Shown one piece after another: positions 53,462 through 64,000 of a stretch of DNA of 64,000 nt; within the stretch, counting starts at the first letter, position 1; every line of letters begins with the position of its first letter. This DNA is from the human T2T-CHM13v2.0 reference genome, Homo sapiens. The notes beneath the pieces were generated by a model. The model was not told where the DNA came from. It ran no database searches and was given only the letters and a program-made list of their open reading frames with translations. The stretch lies in the NCBI RefSeq assembly GCF_009914755.1, contig NC_060925.1, one strand, 5' to 3'. Made by a program: the position numbers and the translations under genes.

Positions 53462-54000
53462 TGAGAAAGCAGACAGAAAAGGCCTGACTGCTATCCTTTG
53501 AAAGGCCAGCTTACAAGTATAATCCCTGTCTGGCATCTGGGAACCGGGATTTCAGGAGGGTTCCCTCCATTTCCAGTACTTTCAAGAGAGGTCTAAACAA
53601 TTTGTACAAACATTATGGTTTATGCTGAACACCTGCTTTCCACCTGGGAGCCTAGAATTTTGGTATGTGACAGGAAGAGGGGTCTAGGTAATCATCTCTG
53701 TGGGAAAACCCTGGGCAATGAGTCTCTGCTGAGCTTTCCTGGTTGGCAATATTTCATATGTGTTGTCACAATTAGTTGCCAGGGGTTTGAAGCACGACCT
53801 GTGTGACTTTGCCAGAAGAAAACTCTTGGAAGCTTGTGCCTGGCTTCTCCCAGCCATCGCCCCAGGATGCACCTTTTCCCCTTGCTGACTTTGCTCTGTA
53901 TCCTTTCACTATAATAAATCATAGCCATGGGTACAAATTTATACTGAATCCTATGAGTCCTAATAAATCATGCGGGTGGTGATGCAGACCCCCCAACACA
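53462..54000 (+). mobile_element. ERVL solo LTR MER68
   Basis: cctgactgctatcctt...atggtttatgctgaacacctgctttcc...ctcttggaagcttgtgcctgg; TG...CA ends. Confidence 0.8.
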
Positions 54001-54054
54001 GAGACTGACAAATTAATACAACCAGATTTTTCTGGAAAGTACCAAAACTAGGTT

Positions 54055-54310
54055 ATTTTTCAAAGCATGTTTCTAGAATGTTCACCGGTTAAACAGAATT
54101 GGGAAATGCTGGGTTAAATAAAGCAAGGATTTTTCAGAAAACAATTAAAAAATAAAATGCGTAGGAGGACTTTTAACAAGCTAAGTCAATGTAAACCTTC
54201 AAGGCTGGAATAGATTATGTAACAGATCCCAAACCCATTATATTATAGCCCCTTTTATTCCTAAAGCATCCTGTGGGCTGGGGTTCTGTGGAACCCTCTC
54301 TGGGAAACAA
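54055..54310 (-). mobile_element. MER103C (hAT-Charlie)
   Basis: ttgggaaatgctgggttaaataaag...gttctgtggaac...tgggaaac. Confidence 0.6.
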
Positions 54311-54873
54311 TAGGCCCAGAGAATGCAGGTTATTATGAAGCTGAGGCTGTTGCTACAACAATCATGAGGCTGTTGCTATGTCAGCCATGAGGCTGCTGAC
54401 ACTCCCTATCTTGAAAGTTCTGAAACCCAGAGTGACCAAAGGTCTGAGATGTGGTTCTGTGCTGCCCCGAGATCTGGAGAACCATGTGATAAGCCTCCAC
54501 TTCCGAGGGTGATCTATGCATGTCTCTTCTTTGCAATCTTAAAGAGCCAAACTAATATAGAATTACCTAGGAATAAATAGTAATATAGCAAATTGGGCCT
54601 TTATTGAATGGTTCTCATTTAAGGCTGTTAGCACATCAAACAGTGATATGAAAAAAGACATACCAATTGACCTTGGGAATAAAAGAGTAAATGTAAGCAA
54701 CGTTTGTCACACTGACAGGCTTGGCAAATAGTGTTTTGATTTGCCAGCAGCCCTACTCCAGACAGCAGCCACTAGTTAGATACATAAACCATTAAGCTAA
54801 AAACAGAACTATCATTACAGGCATCATCTAGTAATTTGCAGGTAATTGATGGACATTAGTCATAATCACACAC

Positions 54874-54914
<41 letters not shown>

Positions 54915-55275
54915 CTACAAACACAGGTTTTCACTGGTAATTCCCCTTTGCATTTCATCAAGAGCTTCTAAAACTGGGAAATGTGGAAAATCTAGGCTTT
55001 TTGTGCCTTTCTATATATACATCATAGACTCCTTTATTCTTAAAGCATCTTGTGGGCTGGGGTTCTGTGGAAATCTCTCTGGGAAAGGATATGCCCAGAG
55101 AAGGTAGATCATGGAGCTGAGGCTGTAGCTACATTAGCTATGAGACCACTGACACTCTCAGTCTTCAACACCCTGAAACCCAGAATGAGAGGAAGTCTAA
55201 AGAGATTATTCTTGTGCTGTCTCAAGATCTGGAGATCCTTGTAATAAACTCCCATTTAAGAGGGCAATCTTGCAT
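54251..55275 (+). repeat. Old local direct duplication (54251-54520 vs 55031-55275)
   Basis: taaagcatc-tgtgggctggggttctgtggaa, ctgaaacccaga and agatctggaga shared in the same order. Confidence 0.9.
54877..54912. repeat. (CA)n microsatellite
   Basis: Direct inspection. Confidence 0.97.
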
Positions 55276-55774
55276 TAGCTAGATATCTGCTGAAAAAACC
55301 CAACTTATGTCCAAAGGATCTTGTCTAGAATGTCCCTGCCTCTCCAGAAAACATCTACTGGCTCTGCAAACCTCTGCTTTCAGCTGCACATGTGCATTTA
55401 TTTTTGGAGGCTGGGATACCTGTCTTAAGTATGACTGGATGGGAGCAAAGCTAGACCTCCAAATCCCCATATACAGTACACTTTCTAGGATGTGGACTCT
55501 CTTTAGAAGCAAGATCTGGAGTCACAGCAGACCCACCTGCTGAGGTCTAAAAATAGGGGAGAAGCACTACGTTCAGAATGCAAATCCTCTAAGCACACTC
55601 GCTCCATCAAAACTCAGGGGTGTTTCCCATTGGACTGCAGCGTCTCCTTCTGCAGCAGGGAGCCCTCTTGATGTGCTCTACCCCAACAGTTCCCAAATCA
55701 TGTTGCACAGAATACTATCCAATATGATGTTAGTAGGTTTGCCTGAAAAAAATAAGTAATTTTGGGAAATGCAC

Positions 55775-56334
55775 CATGGTTCCCAAACGGTGCACCAAGG
55801 TGCCCCAGGGCATTGCAGTGAGTTTACAAGGGTAACCAAGGACTATTTTTAACTTTCAAAGGAAATAGTGGCACTTAATATCTGCTGGACACACAAACTA
55901 TTAGCTCAAGGTGGTTCACAATTTCAGTGTAAAGCTACCTTCCGTTAGATGACATCATATCTTTGCAAAGCTTTGGTAGTTGGTGTGATGGGAATTAGGG
56001 ACCATGTGTGAATCAGTGTGGAACAGGATATGCAGGTGGTAGTGTCCAATCTGAGTCCAAGGTTTGAGAATCTTTGCAATGACCAACAAGGAAACACATA
56101 CCATTAGCAATCAATTGTTATTTAACAATTATTTAAGGATGAAACAAAAATGTTTTTCTTTCAATTTATATTATCTTCAAACAGATACAGAGTTGTTGGG
56201 GTATAAATACTTATTCAGTTATTTGGACCTAACTACTTAATAAGTGGAGCTAATAGGTATTTCTTTTACCCATGGAGCACCGTGGAAACATTACTGAGAC
56301 ACTAATGGCACCTAAGAAACTTTGGGAACCTTTG
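55775..56334 (+). mobile_element. MER119 (hAT-Charlie) nested in a MER103C-like element (~55686-56460)
   Basis: ggttcccaaac...gatgacatcatatctttgcaaagc...ccaaggtttgagaa...tttgggaacc. Confidence 0.8.
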
Positions 56335-56694
56335 CATTACTGTATGAAAAGCTTTGGAAAGTCCTGAATAATAGACAAATACAGTTGGATCCAGCGTACC
56401 CCACACTTCTTGGTTCAGTACATGCATGAATAGCTTTATTTACGACATCAGTTGAGAAACTAAATAGATGTTACCCATGATTTGTCTCTATGATCTGATA
56501 GGTTCACAAAAGAGATTAAGGCTGGCTTATTCCCACCGGTAACAATTACAAATTTTTCTCATCAATCATTCATTCAACAAATATTAATTGTATGCCCTAT
56601 TAAACGCTATGTACTATGCTTGGTTCTCAGGATAAAAATGCCTAAGACGTGGACTCACTCTCGAGGGATTTACCCTCAAACGGAGGCATTTACA

Positions 56695-57480
56695 TTAATT
56701 TATCTAGAAATCCAGCCAGTTCTCATCACCTTCATTACTACCATCCTGGAACAGGACACCTCCATCTCTTGCCTCAATTACTGCAGTAACCTCCTAACCA
56801 GTCTTCCTACTTTCCTCCTAGTCCACCTACAGATCCTCTTTAACACAGCAGCTTCTGTGATCATCTTAAGTCAGATCATGTCACTTCTCTGCTTGAAACC
56901 CTTCCAAAAGCATCCCACTCGATTTGGGATAAAAGCCAAAGTCTTCATAATGGTCTAAAGGCCCTAGGGAATCCTCTGCTGCCACTACCCGCTCCCACTC
57001 CATCACCACCCTCCTTATCACCAACTACCTCCCCCTGCTCACTCACTCTAACCATAACGGCCGCTTGCTGTTCCTAAAACACACCTGGCAAGTTCTGCCT
57101 CAGGGCCTTTGCACCTGCTCTTCTCTCAGTTTCCTCCAGCTACCTCATCTCTTCCCCCAGATGTGTATGGCTTGTTCCTTCATCTTCTGCAGGTCTTTGT
57201 TCACATACCCTTTACACCGAGGCTTTGATAACTATTCTACTTAAAATTGCAACCCTCCTCCCCTCCTGTCCCATTTCCTGATTCCCCTTGTCCTGCATTT
57301 TCTCCTAACACTTATCATAATCTGACTTCCTATATATTTGATCACTCCTTATTTATTACGTCTACCTTTTCCCACCAGTGTGTGAATTCCACGAGGGCAG
57401 GGATTTCTATCCACTTAGTTCACTTATCTAACCCCAGTATTGAGAACAGCACCAGATACACCATAGGAGGTAATTACTGA
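56695..57480 (+). mobile_element. L2
   Basis: ttactgcagtaacctcctaac...gtcagatcatgtcacttctctgct...cctcagggcctttgcacctgct. Confidence 0.85.
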
Positions 57481-59630
57481 AGACACAATTATAATGCAAT
57501 ATAGTAAGTGCAGTGATAAGGATGCATCCAGGGAACTTGATGCACCAGCCTGAGCTGATCTAAAAAGATAAATTGTTAGCCAATCATCCAAAGGGCATGG
57601 CGGGCTGTGGTAGGATACGGAGGTCATCTCAAAGAGGATGGCACAAGCAGAGGAAAGACAAAACCCACTTTACGTGTAATTTATAAAATTGTTCCCCAAC
57701 TAATGACAGGAGAACAAATGGATACAACCAGATGTTCCTCCTCCACTTGTTTGCCATGACTGCTTAATTACCAGTCTCCCCAAGAGAGGGGATTTTTCTG
57801 GAGGCTGCTCAGCCTTCTAGCAGATGCAGACTTCATTTACTTCCACAGAAGCCTGAAAACCCCTGAGCCAACTTGGTCTTCCATGACAGAGACTGAAGTA
57901 TCCAGCACCACGAGTCAGGAGGTTGGCAAGGATGGAAATGGGGAAGGAAGCTTTGAGGAAGAGAGGTCATGTTCCAGAAGCCTGCCTCCCACTTCGTGGC
58001 CAATGCCTTCTGGCAGTGGCTATGCAGCAGCTGATAATAATGATGATGTTTGTTATTAACCCGTGCACAGGTGCTGCCTTCCATATCTACCTCCCCTAAA
58101 TCAGGCTTAGTGACATCACCCATTTAGGAATGGAAACTGCTCTCTGTCAAGGCAGCCCTTAAAGTTTGGACCACCCCAGGAGGTTTGATGGAACAGCTGA
58201 GATTTACCCAGGCCCTCAGATGGTGCCAGGCTAGGATTTGTTCCTTGTGTGCCAGAGAGACACAAACAACAATTATAAAAATATCAGTGAATGGTCAGCA
58301 GATTCTGCATCCTGAGGGCTTTGTGCCCACCTACCCCCTCGGACAGCTGCTCAGGCCAACCTGGGGAAGGAGCAGGTGGAGCCTCTGAGAATTCTAAGAA
58401 GGCAAAAGATGCTGAACATGCCTGCAAGAGGATGGAGAAGATGGACAGAAAGAATGGGGGTCTTCTCCTTACCTGCTCTGTACCACAATGCCCTTCCTGT
58501 TGGCCGCCAGAGCTGGTTTTGAGCACCGCACCTGGTTTGAAAGATTAGGTCTCCATTTAAAGACAGCGCTTTGCAGTGTGCTACAGGCAGCACCTGTGCA
58601 CAGGTTAATACTAAACATATTATTATCAGCTGCTGCATAGCCACCACCAGAAGGTGTTGGCCATGAAGTGGGAGAATATCAGGCCCTGTCTTTGTGAACT
58701 GGACAGAAATGCTTGTTGGCCCACTTGGAAGGGAGGGTCAGGCACCAGGACACTATGCCCACTGTTTCCCATACTCCAGGGAACTAGGAGAAACAGGAGC
58801 TTCCAGAACCATGGTCTCCAGAACCATGGTTCCTTCTCCAGAAGGAAATGTGGAGAGACCCTTCTCAGTAAGAGGGGCTCCAGGGTTTTTGCTCAGGCTG
58901 GGACTGCAGGGTAGGCTGAGCCCACAGCTGTGAAGTGTGAAACGTGATTACCCAAGCCCAAGTCACACGTTGTGAACAGTGGAGGGTCAACCTGAATTAC
59001 ATCCAAACCATCGATATTTGCAGTTAATAGCAAAGAGGCTTTACCTGTGGGCCTCATCTGTAGACAAGAGAGGGAGGAGCCACAGAGGCAGTAAGAGAGT
59101 TTGGTCACTGGAGAGTTTTTGCAGGTGGTTCAGGGACTTTCTCAGGCCTTACTTCCCAGTGTCTGTTGTGAACCTCTAACTCTGCTGCAGCTTCTAGGAT
59201 TTTTCAGGGCCACTATGTTGCACATCTTTCAGGAGCACCATTCATATTACGGTAGATGACCCTGGATTCTGAACTGCTGCCTTATCCCTGAATTCTGCTT
59301 TTCTGCCTGGACCCTTAGGATAACTGTCAGCTGGAATTTGGAACTGGGTTTTGCCCCCCAACCCCAGATGCCATCTTTTGAATCACTTTTAGTGACATAC
59401 TGTAAAACAGGGACTTGCTCACCCCTAAGATCCAATCCAAGTGTATAGAGTGAGGTGCCACAGAAGAAAACATGAAACCCTGAAGACAGTGGCAAGCTTT
59501 AAGGGACTGACATGTGAAAACAAGTGAGGTATCACTTCCCAAAAAGGTTCCATTGATTGCGCCTTGTCATACTCTGCCAGTTGCTCTGCTTTATTTTTCT
59601 CATAACAATTACCACTACCTGGATGGCTTA

Positions 59631-59991
59631 GGTAATGGACTGAGTGTGAACTCCCAAAGTTTATATGTTGAATTGGTATTTGGAGGTGGGATCTTCGGGA
59701 GGTAGTTAGGATTAGATGAGGTCATAAGGATGGGACTTCCAACATGAGATTAGTGCCCTTATAAGAAAAGACCCCTTTCTCTGCCTCTCTTGCCGACCCT
59801 GTCTGCAATGTGAAGATGCAGTGAGAATGCAGCTATCTGCAAGCCAGGATGAAACCTCTCACCAGAATCAGGCCATTCTGGCACCCTGATCTTGCATTTT
59901 AGCCTTCAGGACAGTTAGAAAATAAATTTCTACTGTTTAAGCCACCCAGTCTACGAGTATTTTCTGATGGCAGCCCAAAGAGACCAAAACA
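59631..59991 (+). mobile_element. MaLR LTR MLT1A/MLT1A0 followed by leader gattttggtaccagaagtgggg
   Basis: ttagatgaggtcataagg...attagtgcccttataag...gaaaataaatttctactgtttaagccacccagtct. Confidence 0.85.
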
Positions 59992-60020
59992 GATTTTGGT
60001 ACCAGAAGTGGGGTTCCCAA

Positions 60021-61629
60021 AATGGTACCCTTCCCTGGCATGATAAGCCAACTACCCTGGTGGCAGTTAGATAACACTGGACTGCTTCCATTGTAGAAGG
60101 AGAAGTGTTTTGTTCTTACTGAAACAGACACTTATTTTGGATATGGATTTGCTTTCCCTGTATGCAGTGCTTCTGCCAAAACTACCATCCTTGGACTTAC
60201 ATAGTGCCTAATCCACTGTCATGGTATTCCACAATGTGCTGCTTCTGACCAATAAACTCACTTTATAGCCAAAGAAGTGTGGCAGTGGGCTCATGCTCAT
60301 GGGATTCACTGGTCCTACCATGTGAACCCTCCAATCTGAAGCAGCTGGCTAGGTAGAACAATGAAATGGCCTTTTCAAGACTCAATTACAATGCCAGCTA
60401 GGTGGCAATACCTTGCAGCGCTGGGACAAGGTTCTCCAGAAGGCTGTATATGCTCTGAATCAGCATGCATATATAGTGTTCTTTCTCCCATAGCCAGGAT
60501 TCACAAGTCTAGAAATCAAGGGATGGAAATAGGAGTAGCTCCACTTACTATTACCTCTAGTGACCAACTGACAAAGTGTTTCCTTCCTGTTCTATGACCT
60601 TATGCTATGCTAGCCCAGAGGTCTTAGTTCCAAAGGGAGGAATGCTCCCACCAGGTGTCACAACAATGATCCTACTGAGCTGAAAATTAATGCTATGCTA
60701 GCCCAGAGGCTAGCATATGCTATGCAAGTCCAGAGGCTAGCATATGCTATGCTAGCCCAGAGGTCTTAGTTCCAGGTGTCACAACAATGATCCTACTGTG
60801 CTGAAAGTTAAGACTGCTACCCGGGCACTTTGCACTCCTCATACCTCTGAATCAACAGGCAAAGAAAAGAGTAACTATGCTAGCCAGGGTGATTGATTCT
60901 CACTACCAAACAGAAATGGGACTGCTACTACACAATGGAGGTAAGGAAGATTATGTCTGGAATAAAGAAGATCCCTTAGGTTATCTCTTAGTATTATCAT
61001 GGCCTATGATTAAGATCAATGAAAAACCAGAACAACTCAATCCAGGCAGGACTATTAATGGCTCAGGCACTTTAAGTTTAGGTCACCCCACGTGGTAAAG
61101 AACCATGATCAGCTGTGATGCTTGCTGAAGACAAAGGGAATACAGAATGGGTAGTGAAAGAGTTAGTTATAAATACCAGCTGTGACCACATAGCCAGTTA
61201 CAGAAATAAAGACTGTCATTGTTATGAGTATCCCTCTTTATTTTGTTATGAGTGTTTGCATGTGTATATAAGGATATATCTATTCATGTGTGTATATAAA
61301 TATACGTAAATATAAATATATAAATATACACACATACATATATATTAAGTAATATGTATTTGTTTTCTTTTTCCTTTTTCATATAGCATAAGATATAATA
61401 ACTTTATGTTATGGTATTTAAGTATTGTTACTTTTACACCATAGTATTTAAGTTGCAGGATATCAGGAAGAGTAAACACCATTCCAAGATTTTGTCTCCT
61501 CCTCTGGTGAGGGGTTAATGCAGGATAGTCATGTCATATTAGGCAAAATTGTAAGTTTGTTATTGTCTTTATTTGGCAGTTAAGTGTGTTTTAAGATGTA
61601 TATAGTGCAGAGTTGACAAGGGGTGGATT
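60021..61629 (+). pseudogene. ERVL internal fragment: decayed integrase and dUTPase, 3' region and polypurine tract
   Basis: Remnant peptides AKEVWQWAHAHGIHWSYHV, SPIARIHKSRNQG, LLLHNGGKED, LAEDKGNTEWVV; PPT gttgacaaggggtgga before the LTR; many stops and frameshifts. Confidence 0.9.
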
Positions 61630-61996
61630 TGTGATGGTTAATATCAGGTGCCAACTTTACAGGGCACAGGATGCCCAGATATTTGGTTAAACATTATTCT
61701 GGGTGTGTCTGTGAGGGAGGTTCTGGGTGAGATTAACATTTGAATCAGTAGACTGCCCTCACTAATGGGGGTGGGGGTTATCCAATCCATTAAGGGCCTA
61801 AATAGAACAAAAATCTGAGTAAGGGAGAAGGTACTCTCTCTGACTGTCTTCAACCGGGGGTATTGGTCTTCTCTCGTCTTCTGATGGGAACTCAGACTGA
61901 AACTTACATTATCAGCTTTCCTGGGTCTCCAGCTTGCCAACTGCAGATCTCAGTCTTCACAACCATGTGAGCCAATTCCTTATAATAAAGCATATG

Positions 61997-62029
<33 letters not shown>

Positions 62030-62324
62030 CACACATACACACAGTAGCGTTCCCCATCTGCAGAGTCAACCAACCATGCATTGAAAATATTAAATAATAA
62101 ATAATATTAATAAAAATAATAAAAATTTTAAAACAACGCAGTACAATTACTACATAGTGTTTGCATTGTGTTAGGTATTGTCAGTAATCTAGAGATGATT
62201 TAAAGGATATGGGAGGATATGGGAGGTTATATGCAATTACTACACCATTTTAAATAAGGGACTTAAGCATCTGCAGATTTTTATATCCATGGGGGGGGGT
62301 CGAGAAATCAATCCCCTATGGGAC

Positions 62325-62360
<36 letters not shown>

Positions 62361-62444
62361 AAGAGAAAGAGGAGAGAGAGTATCCTATAGGATCTATTGA
62401 GTATCCTATAGGTTCTATTTCTCTGGAGAACCCAGACTAACACA
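61630..62444 (+). mobile_element. ERVL 3' LTR MLT2 (MLT2C/D-like)
   Basis: tgtgatggttaat...aaacattattctgggtgtgtctgtgagg...tttctctggagaacccagactaacaca. Confidence 0.9.
62042..62329 (-). mobile_element. MER2 (TcMar-Tigger MITE) inserted in the MLT2 LTR
   Basis: ttaggtatt...taatctagagatgatttaaag...aggttatatgcaa...agggactt. Confidence 0.85.
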
Positions 62445-62622
62445 GCTCATTTATATGTGTGTACTTGTTAATTGCCTATCTTCCTCTATCTGAATGCAAA
62501 CTCCATTTAGAACAAGAAGGACTGTGTCCATCATGCTTACTCTAGTATGCTCAGTCCCTGGCTCAGTGCCTGGTACACAGTGGATGCTCAGTAAATATAC
62601 ACGAGATTGAATGAATGAATGA
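62445..62622 (+). mobile_element. L2 3' end, continuing the L2 at ~59540-59630
   Basis: cagtgcctggtacacagtggatgctcagtaaatat...tgaatgaatgaatg. Confidence 0.75.
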
Positions 62623-63807
62623 GGAATTGGTGGTATAAGTGTTTCGAGAAGAATTAGGTCATTGGCAGCAAGCGCTTTTGAGGGGCTTGGTAAGAGACGA
62701 CTAAGAGGGTCCGTGGATTTGGCAATGAGGACAGTGGTGGTGACCTGCTCGAGAGCAGTGTCAGTGGCAAGGCTGAAACTGGGGGACAAAGAGCAAGCTG
62801 GTGATGGGAAGGAAGCATGTGAGACAAGGAGTTTGGACAGCTCTCTCAATAAGTGGCTTTGGAAGGAAGAGGGTCAATGGCGAACTACTTTTAAACAAAA
62901 GCCTCTTTTAACCCCTAATCAGAACATGCTCATTTCTACCTCTCTCTACTGTCCATCCCTTCCCACGCCTTCTCTTGGGGCACACACCATCAATCATCTC
63001 TCATTACTTTATTTTTTAATAGAATAAGCAAGTTCATGGGCATTTGTTTCAGTCTCATATTCATTCTCTTGATAGGATAATAATTGATACCGTAAGTGAC
63101 CTCATTAATCAGCAGGGACAATTAGAATGATGTAAGTGGAGGACAGTTTGCCGTGTAGCCTGTCTGGGAAAGACTGAAAGGTCACCAGATCTCGAAGTCA
63201 GAATGGGATGCTTCCATGGGTGACTGGCTCTTCTTTAGTCCACCTTCTTGGGTCCCTCCTAGCAAAGTGGACACAAGAAAGCTCCAAGGAAGGTTAATAT
63301 GTAATGGTGTGTGTAGTTTCAATACAGGTCCATTATGATTGCGGTGCTCTACTACCCTAGAATCCCTCTTTCTCCCTTTGTTTCCTCAGGAAAACAAGTC
63401 CGCATTGCTTCAGAGTCTGAAAAGGCATATGAACATGCAACTTTAGTAGATGAATTTCTTAAAATGTAGTAAGAAACATGCTATTTCCAGGCATCCTCCG
63501 GCAAATCTTTTGATCAAGTTGAGTTTCTCTGCAAAGTGCACTATTATCATCTTTATTTCCTTTTGAAAAGAGTTACTGGGTGGGAAAGCAGGAAAATACA
63601 ACAGATATGGAATGCACTAGCTTCAACAAGGCACTTATAAATGCACAAGAAAGGGAAAGATGAGCTAGACTTTATCACAATAAGACCCATTGATTACTGG
63701 CTCAACAACTGTACACAGTTGTCAACTGGGAATAGGGCTCTAGCAGCCTGCGGCAGAGCTAAATCCTTAGCCCTGCCCAGCCCACCTGAATTTGTAAATA
63801 GACTCCC

Positions 63808-64000
63808 AATTTTGAAATAATTTCAGATTTATATAAAAGCTGCAAAAATGGCACAGAAAGTTCCTATATACTCTTTATCCAACTATTCCTAAATGTCAAC
63901 AGCTTACATAACCATGGCGCATTTGTCAAGACTAAGAGATAACATAGGTATTTTACTATTAACTAAGCTGTAGACTTTATCTGGATTTTGCCTGTTTTTC
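63808..64000 (-). mobile_element. L1MC (L1MC4-like) 3' end
   Basis: attttgaaataatttcagattt...cttacataaccat...actattaactaa. Confidence 0.8.

Noticed and set aside
60361-61309. Short ORFs with integrase/dUTPase similarity as a possible domesticated gene
   Set aside because: Many stops, frameshifts and an internal duplication; decayed ERVL.
63361-63430. Strong + strand acceptor tttctccctttgtttcctcag|G
   Set aside because: No convincing partner donor nearby; isolated sites are common by chance.

Overview
Primate (almost certainly human) genomic DNA from inside the giant neural gene CSMD2, which runs on the - strand. One 113-nt coding exon (42428-42540) encodes [37 protein letters not shown], the end of the first CUB domain; it has textbook splice sites and the ORF track misses it. 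The rest is intron, mostly interspersed repeats (Alu, L1, L2, MIR, MaLR/ERVL/ERV1 LTRs, hAT and TcMar MITEs) with a few motif-dense unique patches. There are no prokaryotic features, CRISPR arrays or structural RNA genes. Most unusual: (1) a provirus-like unit with different LTR families at its two ends (5' MaLR MLT1A, ERVL integrase/dUTPase, 3' MLT2) that splits an L2 and has a 4/5-matching 5-bp target duplication, suggesting MaLR/ERVL co-packaging and strand transfer; (2) a ~290-bp insertion copied from 2.2 kb away with a strand switch and a 10-bp flanking direct repeat, giving a 232-bp ~94% inverted repeat; (3) several smaller template-switch or fold-back scars. Repeat family names come from remembered consensus sequences, not a RepeatMasker run, and most repeat boundaries are approximate.
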